A DNA stretch of 64,000 nt from a virus (Duplodnaviria > Caudoviricetes). Positions within the stretch are counted from its first letter, which is position 1, and every line of letters begins with the position of its first letter. The position numbers were made by a program, and so were the translations under genes. Location of the stretch: IMG/VR virus record IMGVR_UViG_3300027892_002613, positions 9,288-73,287 of that record; one strand, 5' to 3'. This document shows, piece by piece, positions 8,302 through 17,956 of the stretch. The notes beneath the pieces were generated by a model that saw only the letters and a program-made list of their open reading frames with translations, made no database searches and had not been told where the DNA came from.

Positions 8302-11300
8302 ATGAAAGTAATAGGTAAACAAAATTCAGGTGTAAATTTAGTTGCAAGTGGTACACTTGGTATATCGGTATTAGGTAATAACGAAATCCTAATGAGTCTT
8401 GATAGGACATTCATATCATCATCATTGGTGGTAAGTGAATCTCTATTTGTATCAGGAAACTCACAATTAGGTATCAACACCGCTAGTACACATGAAATCA
8501 CTGGTAGTTTTTTACTTTCCGGTTCTTCAAAACAAATTGGAACATCGGTAATAACGGGTAGTATAACTGTAACAAGAGATTCTACTTTCATTCAAGATGT
8601 ATATATAAGTGGTACTCTAAAAGGTCCGTTTTCTTCTTCAATCGAACAAAGAGTTAATTCTTTAGAGGAACAGAGATTTATATTACGAGGGGATGTAAGT
8701 GCGAATGCAGTATTAACTGGTTCAGCAAAATCTACATATACTGCTTCATTAAACATAACATTAAATCAAATATCAGCTTCTAAGATTATTTTTCCTGAAG
8801 AATCTAGAAGAATTTATGTTGCTGAATATGGTAGTGATATTTTAATAACTCCTCATAGAGGTAAATCACCTGCAACTGCATTTAAATCAGTTAAAGCAGC
8901 GGTACAAAGTATATACAGCAATTATCAAATATCCGCTTCACAAGTTAGTGGGTCTGGAAATAGTGGTTCTGCAACTGAAGCTTCTGCTATTTCACAATCA
9001 TATGCAACTGTTGCTGAAATATTAGCAGGTGGGTTGGGTGTAACTCCAGCCGAAGTGAAAAATGGTGCAACTACTTTAGTATTAGTTGGAAATGTATCAC
9101 AAAGTTTTTACGATGGATATGGTGGAAACTCAGAATCTTCATCAGTAAGTTCTTCATTTGCAACCGTAATAAATATATTAGGTAATGGATTAGGTGTAGT
9201 TCCTGCATTAGTAGAAAATGGTAGAACACCTGTAAAACTTTCCACAAATGTTCAGATAACAGGAACAGGTGGTACTAACGCAGTATCATCATCAATCAGT
9301 TCATCATTTGCAGTTATCACATCTATTATCAACGGAGGATTAGGAACTGCTCCGGTGGTTGTTAATAATTCAGAAGTAATATCTACAGATGCGAATAAAT
9401 TAAATGCTAGAACATTAGTATTACAAAATAAAGGGTTTATACAGGATGAAACAGTTGAATATTTAAATGCCGTTTTTCCTTTCTTTGATTATAATAGTTT
9501 AAGATGTAAAAGAGATGTTGGTTTACTTATAGATGCCGTATTAGATGATTTAGTATTTGGAGGAAATCAAAGAACGGTTGAAGCAGGTATATCATATTAT
9601 AATGGTAACTTTGGAGCCATTCAATTTGGAGGAAGTGGAGTAGCAAATACTCAAAAAGACCAAACAATAGCAGCTATTCTTTACGCAAGTAGAATGGCTC
9701 AAATCATTTCGGTAAACGGAGCGATTTCTGCACCAACTAATGCTAAATCAAATGCAAAAGCTGCATTATTAGGAAATAAATCATTAATTCAAGAAGAGAT
9801 AATCTACTTCATTGAGCATGTTTATATAAAAGGTAAAGACCAGACTGGGACACCATTTACATATGATAGAGATAAATGTAGAAGAGATACTGGATATATT
9901 ATAGATGGTGTTGCAACCGATTTAATACTTGGAGGAAATCAACAATCTATTATAAATGGTTCGGCATATTATAATGGAGTATTTGGAAATGGTGCGGGTG
10001 TTATAAATAACCAATTAGTTGAGACGGTAACATCTCTTTCATACGGAGCTAGAATAGCTAAAGATGCCGTTGTAGGTAATGTAGTTGCTAAACTATCTAC
10101 AAATAAAAAGAATGCAGTTTCCTTATTGGAAATGAACAAAACATTCTTAGGAGAACAGACTGTAGGACTTATTTCTTCATCATTCCCTAATTTAATTTAT
10201 AGTTCATCTAAATGTGTTAGAGATGTTGGATTAATTACCGATTGTGTTATTGTAGATTTAATCTATGGTGGTAACGAACAGGCAATTAATGCAGGTACAT
10301 CTTATTACACAAATGCTTATGGAAATGCAGCTTTAGTTCCTGGAGCTCAATTAACGGAGACCGTAGCTGGTATTTTATATGCGGGTGCTATTGCACAGAA
10401 AGTTTCTAAAGATGAATTTGTAACAAATACATTTGCACCTTGGTTCTCTCCATTTTTAAACTATAATGCAACTATATTTGTAGAGACCGGAACTTATATA
10501 GAAGATAACCCTATTGTAATTCCTCCTGGAGTTGCGATTAAAGGTGATACATTAAAACAATCATTATTATATGCGAAGAATCCTAAATTGGATTACTTCC
10601 ACGTACATAGTGCCGATTATATAGATTCAGTAAGATTCTTAGATTTACAAAGACCAGCTTATACTGTAGCTTTCCCTTCTGCTATTATCGATTATACGAT
10701 TTCAGCGGGTAAAATTACAAATCCGGTTGTATTGTATTCTCCTATTGGTTATACCGCTTCTGTAAATATTATGGTTGAGGAACCTGATTCTCCACCTGAA
10801 AGTGGTTCAATCAGAGCTGAATTTACACCTGTTATTTCAAATGGTAAAATTGTATCATTAACTTATGTTAACTCTGGTAGTGGATATGTTTCTACAGAGA
10901 GACCACATATTTCAATTCCTGCTCCGCAAAATCAAAGGCCGTTTATTCAGGCATCTCCGTATGTTTGGAATTCAACTGCAATCACAGGACCTTTTAATTT
11001 TAATGGAGAAAAGATTTCTGCATTAGTACCACTTCCTTATGATTTGGATGATTTAGGTGTAGATAACACCGGAGCCGGTGGTGGTATGAGAGTGGATGGT
11101 AATTGTTGTAGAGAAGCATCACCTCGTTCTCCACTTCGTTCAATGGTAGCGGCGGCATTTACGCAAGTTAATCAGGGAGGGCCTGGACACCACGTTTGTA
11201 ATACGGGATACGCTCAGTTCGTATCTATGTTTACCACATATTGTACTTTTGGATTTAAAACATCAGGTGGTGGATTTGCAAACATTTCTAACTCCGTAGT

Positions 11301-14300
11301 TGACTTTGGTCTGCAAGGAATTATATCAAAAAGAAATTATAGAGACACATATACAAGTGCATTAGTATTATCAGCGGGTACTTCAAATGTAGCTGGTTTC
11401 ACTGTAACTATTCCTGGTAGTGGATACACCACAGCACCGGTTGTTACAATTAGTGGAGGTGGCGGTAGTGGAGCAAGTGGTTCGGCTATTATAACATCAG
11501 GACAGGTAGTAGCATTAAATTTAGAAAGTAGTGGTAGTGGTTATTCATCCGTACCATCAGTTTCTATTGCATTACCTAGTACACCTGGAGGAGTTGGAGC
11601 AACCGCTACTGCAGTATTAAGTGGTTTGGCTAATATCTTTGTTAGAGTTACCGGTTCATTCCAGGGACAACAAAGAAATATTGACTTCTCTTCTTTGATG
11701 AAGTTAAATGGTGCTGATTACTTAGTAACTGATATTAATACAACTGTAGAACCAGATGAATTCTTCGTTGAAACTTTCCCTGCAGTATTTTCCGTTACCG
11801 CAGGAGATAATGCTAATTTCTTCCAATTATCGAACATATCAACGGGAGGTCTTGTATTAGAATACGTTGGAGCAGGTATTACTTATAATGCTATTCCTGA
11901 ATATGGTGGAATTCCAGATTCATCAAAAGAGGTTGTAATGATTGAACCTGGAAAAGTATTCGCTGTAACAATTGATAACAGAGGTAACTTAAAAGTTGGT
12001 AGATTCTTTAAAGTAGACCAATTGACGGGTGCGGTAACAATCGATGCAAATCAGTTCTCACTATCAGGTTTATCATCAATAGGACCTTTCAGAAGAAATG
12101 GAGTTCCTGTCGGTATTGTAATCAATGAGGCATCTGATAACGATACATTATTAAACTCACAGGGTATACCTGGAAGAGATACCGTTCCATCTCAGCAAGC
12201 GGTTAAAACTTATGTTGATACTAGAACTATTGCAGCAACTGGTACTAATAATCAAGTATTAGCTAAGAGTGGTAGTACTATATACGCAACTGAATTTAGA
12301 AATACAATTGATACAATTTCAACTAACACATTAAGTGGTTCTAAAATTGTATCCCGTTCATTAGGTAGAGATTTAATTGTAACACATTCATTAACTGCAT
12401 TAGAGATTTCATCTTCTACATTTGGTAATGGATTGACAGGTGGTAATGGAACTCCGGTAGAAGTAGTATTTGGTGTATTTGCATCACAATCTACAGATGG
12501 AGCTCAATTTACTGCGTTCTCTCAGAGTGTTAGTGAATCAGTTAGATTCTTATTGGCTACATCTGCGACAACCGGTTCAAACACATTTAAAGGTAATCAA
12601 ATTGTAAGTGGTAATTTGACTGTTAGTGGAAACGTTGATATCAAATTAGATACTAGAATAAGTGGAAACCTATTCATCTTAAATTCTACAAACTTAGGCC
12701 CGACAGTTGAGATAAGCGGAAACTTATCTGTGACAGGTTCAACTATATTGAGTGGAGGTTTAGATGTATTCAAATTTGCTAACATACAAGCACCTTTCAC
12801 TGCAAGTGGATTAAGATATCCAAATAGTGATGCACAAGGTGTAGGTAAAATTTTAAGAAGTGATGGAGCAGGTGGAATCTTTTTTGGTTTCACAGATAGA
12901 ACTTCGATTGGAATTGTAAATATAGGAAATGGTGGACCAATTGCAAAGGGTACTCCATTATATATAAAAGGATTTGATGCGGGAACTGGATTAACAATAG
13001 TTGGAGCAGCTTCATCATCTCAATTAAATAAAATGCCAGCCGTAGGATTGGCAGCTGATAATTTATTAGAAAGTGGGTCAGGTTCATTAACTGCATTGGG
13101 TATCTTAACAAACTATGATACAACTGCATTAACATCTGGACAACAATTATACGTTGGACCTAATGGAGGGTTAACAACTGAATTACCTACGGGTTCATTC
13201 TATGTACAAAACGTAGCTGTTGTTGGTAGAATCAATATCAACGATGGTGAATTATTGGTAGAACATCCAGGAACTTTCTACAGATTACCTAACCTTCCAC
13301 AAGATTGGATATGGTATGGTAGTAATGGAGGTGCAGCAGTTTCTCAATCATTGACTGGGGCTATTGCTTCGTATCAATTAGCTAGAACTGTTGTAGGTGT
13401 TACAAATCAATCGGATAATTGGTATGAAGGAGCTTTAGTAGTAAGTGGAGGTTTAGGTGTTGCGAAAAACGCTCAAGTATCAGGTAACTTAACTATCTAT
13501 GGTAACTTTGATGTAAAGGGTAGTACAACTATTACATCTATTACCGCATCTAACTTAGATATTGCGGAAAATACAATTGCGGTAAGAGAGTTTTCACCAG
13601 TAGTTAGATTCGGTGGATTGATTGTATATGATTCTGGTTCTGTAGTAGGTGGAACTCCTCCAAATAACGTATATGCATCCGGTTCATTATTCTATGATGG
13701 TGTAGATAATAACTGGGTAATTGCACAAAATGATGGGCGTTCTTCATCTTTAATGATAGGAGGACCTGTTAATGGTGGATTATATGGTAACGAAGAAGGA
13801 TTACCGATGGGAACTATTCCTGTAATTCAATATACTGGTAACAACTTAACATCTTCTACAATGACCGATAACGGAGTTGTAGTAAGAATGACAAATGATT
13901 TAGTAGTAACCGGTTCTATCGGTGGTAGATTGACAGGTTCTATTCAAGGAACATCATTATCAATATTTAACTCATTAAGTGCAACGGGTTCATTTAGTGG
14001 AAACGGATTCTTAACCGGTTCATTCACAGGTTCATTTACTGGAGCTGCTGATTTGGCATTTGCTATTACCGGTGGAAATGCAGGTGGATTTGATTACTTC
14101 AACTATAATGGTAGTGCATCGGCTACTGTAAAAATTGCAACACAATCTTTACACTTTGAAGAAGGTATTAAGAAAAAAATAAATTACGAACAAGTAATAA
14201 GTTCATCTATACAAATTAGAGAGTATGGATATGAATTCTCCGGTTCAGTTAACGCATTTACCGCTTCTACTAATTTGGCATTGAGTGGATTAAACTCATA

Positions 14301-16941
14301 CTCTGCTTCATTAAAACAAGCTATTAATACAAACGGAAACGATTTAATAGTACATGGTACGTTAAGAGTAACCGGTTCTAAAGTATTGTTAGAAGTTGGT
14401 GATGTTAAGATAGTAGATAAATTCATAGAAATCGCAAGTGGTTCGTTGAACTCAGCGGCAGCAGATGGGGCAGGTTTCTATATTAGTGGTGCTGATGCAT
14501 ATGTAACTTGGTCACATGGTTCTCAAAGTTTCAATTTCTCAGATACACTTTATTCTGATAACAATATTGAAGTAAGAGGAACTGTTGATGGAACGTTAAT
14601 TAGAGAATTCGCACCTTCACATAATAATTTCTCTTCATCAATAAACGCATATACTGCATCATTAAGAACTGCGGTATCTGAAAGTAATGGTGATTTAATT
14701 ATATTCAATAACTTACAAGTTAGAGGTACATTAGGTGAGCTAAGAGTTGATAGATTACAAGTTAAAGATAAGCAGATTGAACTTAATAGTGGTTCAACAA
14801 CCTCTGCGGCATCTGATAAAGCAGGTTTATACATAAGTGGTGCGGATGTTAATTTCTATTGGGACCATCCTAATCAGTATATGTACTTAGATAAGAATTT
14901 CACTGTAAATGGTGATTTCAATGCAAGTACAATTAATGGTATTAACTTAGGTGCATTTAGAAATTCAGTTAATCAGGCAACCGGTGCATTAGAAGTTTAT
15001 TCTTCTTCATTAAAAAATGCTATAACCGTTGCGGGAACAGGAGTTTCATCTGTAACAACTATACAAGGTGATTTGAATGTATTGGGTACAACAACTCAAC
15101 TTCAAATTTCAGATTTAAAAATTGAAGACCGTTTAATTGAAATCGCTAGTGGTTCAACTACATCGGTTTCTGCAAACGGAGCCGGTTTATTCATAAGTGG
15201 TGCTAACGTATTCTTCTCATGGTCGAATGCTGAAACTAATATGAGATTAGCTAGTGGATTGTTTGTAAACGGAGCAATTACTTCATCTACGATATTAGTA
15301 GCTCAAACAGCATCATTTAATCATATATCAGCTAGTGGAAACATTAGTGGTGGAGCATTATTTGTAGAAGGTAACACTTCATTGAGAGGTAATGTAACTG
15401 CAAGTGGAACGGTATCTGCATCTGTATTATTTGTACAAAATGCAACTAACATAAGTGGAGGATTAGAAGTTGTTGGAAACATAAGTGGTAAAGAATACAT
15501 CTCTGCGAGTAAAGGTATCACAGGTAGTGGTGTTTGGTCAGCAGGTGAAATTAGAGCATTATCAAATGTTCAATTCGATGGAACTGGATTAGTTGGTGGA
15601 AAATTAACCGTAACTAATGCGATTTCAGCTAGTAATTCTATATCAGGTGCAGGTATCCAATCAAACGGAAACTTTAGAGCAACGGGTAATTCAATATTAG
15701 ACGGATTAGCTACATTTAACAATAGTATTTCTGCGAGTGGTGTAATAACTGCAAGTGGATTAAGAATAGAAGGTGAAGGTTTTTATGGTTCTTCATCATT
15801 CGTTGGACCAATCACAGGTTCTACTGCGTGGTTCTCTGATAATTTAAGAGTAACTGGTTCAATAACCGCTTCTCTTAATATGAGTGCAAGTGGATTCGTA
15901 AGTGCTTCGGCTTCTAATTTTAGAGGTGAAGTAAGTGCAACTCTTCATAAAGGAGATTTACAATTTAATGTTATCGCGGGTAGTGGTATTAGTGGTTCAG
16001 TATTCCGTAACCAAACGGATACTACATTCACTATTGATACACAATCAGTTCATTTCCAATCTGGTTCTCAGCAAGCGGTTGTATCTTATATCAAAGGAGA
16101 TATTACGATTGCAAGTGATGGTACTGCAACAATCGCGGGTAACTCAATTACATTAGGAACTGATACGGCTGGAGATTATGTAGCAAGTATTAATCCTGGA
16201 AGTGGTTTGACCGGTGGTGCGACAAGTGGAGAAGGTGTTGCTCATACTTTAGCGGTAGGAGGAGGGGATGGTATATCAGTTGGAGCAGATGTTGTTTCAT
16301 TGAATACTGGTTCTACACACTTTACTAATGGAGCTAGAATAACTGTTGCTAACTTTGTTAGTGGTGAGGTATCAATCAATCCATCAACCGGTGTTGCTTC
16401 ATTAGTTATCCCAACATTATCTAGAGCAAGTAACATAACAGGAACTGCCAATCAGATTACTGTAGGAGGCGTAACTGCAACCGGAGCATTTACTGCATCA
16501 TTATCATTACCTCAAAACATCCATACTGCGGCTGACTTTAGAGTTGGTTCATTAGGAGTTGGAGTAGCGGCGAGTGCAACAAGTGGTAGAATCGATGCGG
16601 CAAATGATATCGTAGCTTACTCTTCATCGGATAGAAGATTTAAAGAGAACATCAAAAATATACCAAACGCATTGGCTAAGGTATTAAGAATAGGTGGATA
16701 TGAATTCGATTGGATTTCAAACGTTGAATTACATGGACACGAAGGACATGATATCGGAGTTATCGCACAAGAAATTGAGGAGATACTTCCAGAATTAGTT
16801 CAAACGAGAGAAAGTGGATATAAAGCGGTTAAGTATGATAAGTTAGTTGCACTTCTTATCGAAGGTATGAAAGAGCAACAAGTACAAATCGATAACTTAA
16901 AATCAGAAGTAGAAAATTTAAAAAGAGCAAGAGGGTTATAA
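8302..16941 (+). CDS. Giant tail fibre/spike protein (2879 aa) with beta-helix-like region, CxRD repeats and C-terminal peptidase S74 intramolecular chaperone
   Basis: C-terminal SSDRRFKENIKNIPNAL...GVIAQEIEEILPELV...YKAVKYDKLVALLIEGMKE is an S74 chaperone. IYVAEYGSD/TIFVETGTYIE is a pectin-lyase-like start. GSGYTTAPVVTISGGGGSGA repeats are present. Confidence 0.8.
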   Translation: MKVIGKQNSGVNLVASGTLGISVLGNNEILMSLDRTFISSSLVVSESLFVSGNSQLGINTASTHEITGSFLLSGSSKQIGTSVITGSITVTRDSTFIQDVYISGTLKGPFSSSIEQRVNSLEEQRFILRGDVSANAVLTGSAKSTYTASLNITLNQISASKIIFPEESRRIYVAEYGSDILITPHRGKSPATAFKSVKAAVQSIYSNYQISASQVSGSGNSGSATEASAISQSYATVAEILAGGLGVTPAEVKNGATTLVLVGNVSQSFYDGYGGNSESSSVSSSFATVINILGNGLGVVPALVENGRTPVKLSTNVQITGTGGTNAVSSSISSSFAVITSIINGGLGTAPVVVNNSEVISTDANKLNARTLVLQNKGFIQDETVEYLNAVFPFFDYNSLRCKRDVGLLIDAVLDDLVFGGNQRTVEAGISYYNGNFGAIQFGGSGVANTQKDQTIAAILYASRMAQIISVNGAISAPTNAKSNAKAALLGNKSLIQEEIIYFIEHVYIKGKDQTGTPFTYDRDKCRRDTGYIIDGVATDLILGGNQQSIINGSAYYNGVFGNGAGVINNQLVETVTSLSYGARIAKDAVVGNVVAKLSTNKKNAVSLLEMNKTFLGEQTVGLISSSFPNLIYSSSKCVRDVGLITDCVIVDLIYGGNEQAINAGTSYYTNAYGNAALVPGAQLTETVAGILYAGAIAQKVSKDEFVTNTFAPWFSPFLNYNATIFVETGTYIEDNPIVIPPGVAIKGDTLKQSLLYAKNPKLDYFHVHSADYIDSVRFLDLQRPAYTVAFPSAIIDYTISAGKITNPVVLYSPIGYTASVNIMVEEPDSPPESGSIRAEFTPVISNGKIVSLTYVNSGSGYVSTERPHISIPAPQNQRPFIQASPYVWNSTAITGPFNFNGEKISALVPLPYDLDDLGVDNTGAGGGMRVDGNCCREASPRSPLRSMVAAAFTQVNQGGPGHHVCNTGYAQFVSMFTTYCTFGFKTSGGGFANISNSVVDFGLQGIISKRNYRDTYTSALVLSAGTSNVAGFTVTIPGSGYTTAPVVTISGGGGSGASGSAIITSGQVVALNLESSGSGYSSVPSVSIALPSTPGGVGATATAVLSGLANIFVRVTGSFQGQQRNIDFSSLMKLNGADYLVTDINTTVEPDEFFVETFPAVFSVTAGDNANFFQLSNISTGGLVLEYVGAGITYNAIPEYGGIPDSSKEVVMIEPGKVFAVTIDNRGNLKVGRFFKVDQLTGAVTIDANQFSLSGLSSIGPFRRNGVPVGIVINEASDNDTLLNSQGIPGRDTVPSQQAVKTYVDTRTIAATGTNNQVLAKSGSTIYATEFRNTIDTISTNTLSGSKIVSRSLGRDLIVTHSLTALEISSSTFGNGLTGGNGTPVEVVFGVFASQSTDGAQFTAFSQSVSESVRFLLATSATTGSNTFKGNQIVSGNLTVSGNVDIKLDTRISGNLFILNSTNLGPTVEISGNLSVTGSTILSGGLDVFKFANIQAPFTASGLRYPNSDAQGVGKILRSDGAGGIFFGFTDRTSIGIVNIGNGGPIAKGTPLYIKGFDAGTGLTIVGAASSSQLNKMPAVGLAADNLLESGSGSLTALGILTNYDTTALTSGQQLYVGPNGGLTTELPTGSFYVQNVAVVGRININDGELLVEHPGTFYRLPNLPQDWIWYGSNGGAAVSQSLTGAIASYQLARTVVGVTNQSDNWYEGALVVSGGLGVAKNAQVSGNLTIYGNFDVKGSTTITSITASNLDIAENTIAVREFSPVVRFGGLIVYDSGSVVGGTPPNNVYASGSLFYDGVDNNWVIAQNDGRSSSLMIGGPVNGGLYGNEEGLPMGTIPVIQYTGNNLTSSTMTDNGVVVRMTNDLVVTGSIGGRLTGSIQGTSLSIFNSLSATGSFSGNGFLTGSFTGSFTGAADLAFAITGGNAGGFDYFNYNGSASATVKIATQSLHFEEGIKKKINYEQVISSSIQIREYGYEFSGSVNAFTASTNLALSGLNSYSASLKQAINTNGNDLIVHGTLRVTGSKVLLEVGDVKIVDKFIEIASGSLNSAAADGAGFYISGADAYVTWSHGSQSFNFSDTLYSDNNIEVRGTVDGTLIREFAPSHNNFSSSINAYTASLRTAVSESNGDLIIFNNLQVRGTLGELRVDRLQVKDKQIELNSGSTTSAASDKAGLYISGADVNFYWDHPNQYMYLDKNFTVNGDFNASTINGINLGAFRNSVNQATGALEVYSSSLKNAITVAGTGVSSVTTIQGDLNVLGTTTQLQISDLKIEDRLIEIASGSTTSVSANGAGLFISGANVFFSWSNAETNMRLASGLFVNGAITSSTILVAQTASFNHISASGNISGGALFVEGNTSLRGNVTASGTVSASVLFVQNATNISGGLEVVGNISGKEYISASKGITGSGVWSAGEIRALSNVQFDGTGLVGGKLTVTNAISASNSISGAGIQSNGNFRATGNSILDGLATFNNSISASGVITASGLRIEGEGFYGSSSFVGPITGSTAWFSDNLRVTGSITASLNMSASGFVSASASNFRGEVSATLHKGDLQFNVIAGSGISGSVFRNQTDTTFTIDTQSVHFQSGSQQAVVSYIKGDITIASDGTATIAGNSITLGTDTAGDYVASINPGSGLTGGATSGEGVAHTLAVGGGDGISVGADVVSLNTGSTHFTNGARITVANFVSGEVSINPSTGVASLVIPTLSRASNITGTANQITVGGVTATGAFTASLSLPQNIHTAADFRVGSLGVGVAASATSGRIDAANDIVAYSSSDRRFKENIKNIPNALAKVLRIGGYEFDWISNVELHGHEGHDIGVIAQEIEEILPELVQTRESGYKAVKYDKLVALLIEGMKEQQVQIDNLKSEVENLKRARGL

Positions 16942-16942
16942 G

Positions 16943-17956
16943 ATGTACGATGTTTATTTTACCACAGGAATAGGTAAAATCAGTACGGGAGTAGATATTT
17001 GGGTAAACAACTGGTTGAGTGAGGTAAGTAAAGACTTAAACACTCAGCCAGTTTTACTTATTTATAGAACTAAACCAACTGATTTTAATTTTGATATACC
17101 AATCGAACACTATTGGTATAACGATGAGAACGGAAATCACAGAGATATTTTTGAAGAAAAGTTTAGAGAGTGTAGGAGAGTTAATATATTACATGCTCAC
17201 TACACTCCATTGGAATTAATAGAAGAGAATAGGGATAAAATACATTCCTATATAATCCACAATTGTTTAGATAAAGTTGTAGTAGAAACCGGTATAAGTG
17301 ATTTACCATTTGGTTGGACTCCTTATTATTCTCAAAAGTGGGAAACGGAAATACTATCATATGCTAAAAACAAAGTATGGATAGGATTATACGAATTGAA
17401 AGGTGAGAAGTTTGAAGGAGCAGTTAGTATCCCATCTTATTACGAATTCATTCATAATAAAGAATTATCTGATTCAAATTTCATAGGATTTACTGCGAGA
17501 TGTGAGAGTAGAAAGAACCCACATTATTTAGACCAATTGGGAGGATTTATGTTTACGAATATAAGAACCTTTCAGAAGACTTGGAAACATACAACTGATA
17601 TAAACTTTAAAAACTTAAAACAAATTCAATATGAAAGCCCATTTGAAGAAATATATTATGGTATGGATTGGGGTATATCTCATTGTGCATTTTCTGCTGA
17701 GCCATTTGGGTTCTCCATATTTCAAAGTTTAGATTGGGGTAAATTACCTATTATATCAAAAGATTGGTGTGAAGATATACCTTATAAGTTTAGAGCTAGT
17801 ACTAAAGAAGAATTTAAAGATATTTATGATAGTATTGGGTATCTCACATATGAAGAGAAAAAAGAAGAGTTTGATAAATTTAAATATTTATTAGCACAAC
17901 GTTTCAATACAAAACAAAGTTGGAGAGAACAATTAACAAACTTATATAATGCCTAG
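16943..17956 (+). CDS. Glycosyltransferase (GT-B-like)
   Basis: GFTARCESRKNPHYL and EPFGFSIFQSLDWGKLPII resemble the GT4 E-x-F-G nucleotide-sugar-binding motif. Confidence 0.6.
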   Translation: MYDVYFTTGIGKISTGVDIWVNNWLSEVSKDLNTQPVLLIYRTKPTDFNFDIPIEHYWYNDENGNHRDIFEEKFRECRRVNILHAHYTPLELIEENRDKIHSYIIHNCLDKVVVETGISDLPFGWTPYYSQKWETEILSYAKNKVWIGLYELKGEKFEGAVSIPSYYEFIHNKELSDSNFIGFTARCESRKNPHYLDQLGGFMFTNIRTFQKTWKHTTDINFKNLKQIQYESPFEEIYYGMDWGISHCAFSAEPFGFSIFQSLDWGKLPIISKDWCEDIPYKFRASTKEEFKDIYDSIGYLTYEEKKEEFDKFKYLLAQRFNTKQSWREQLTNLYNA

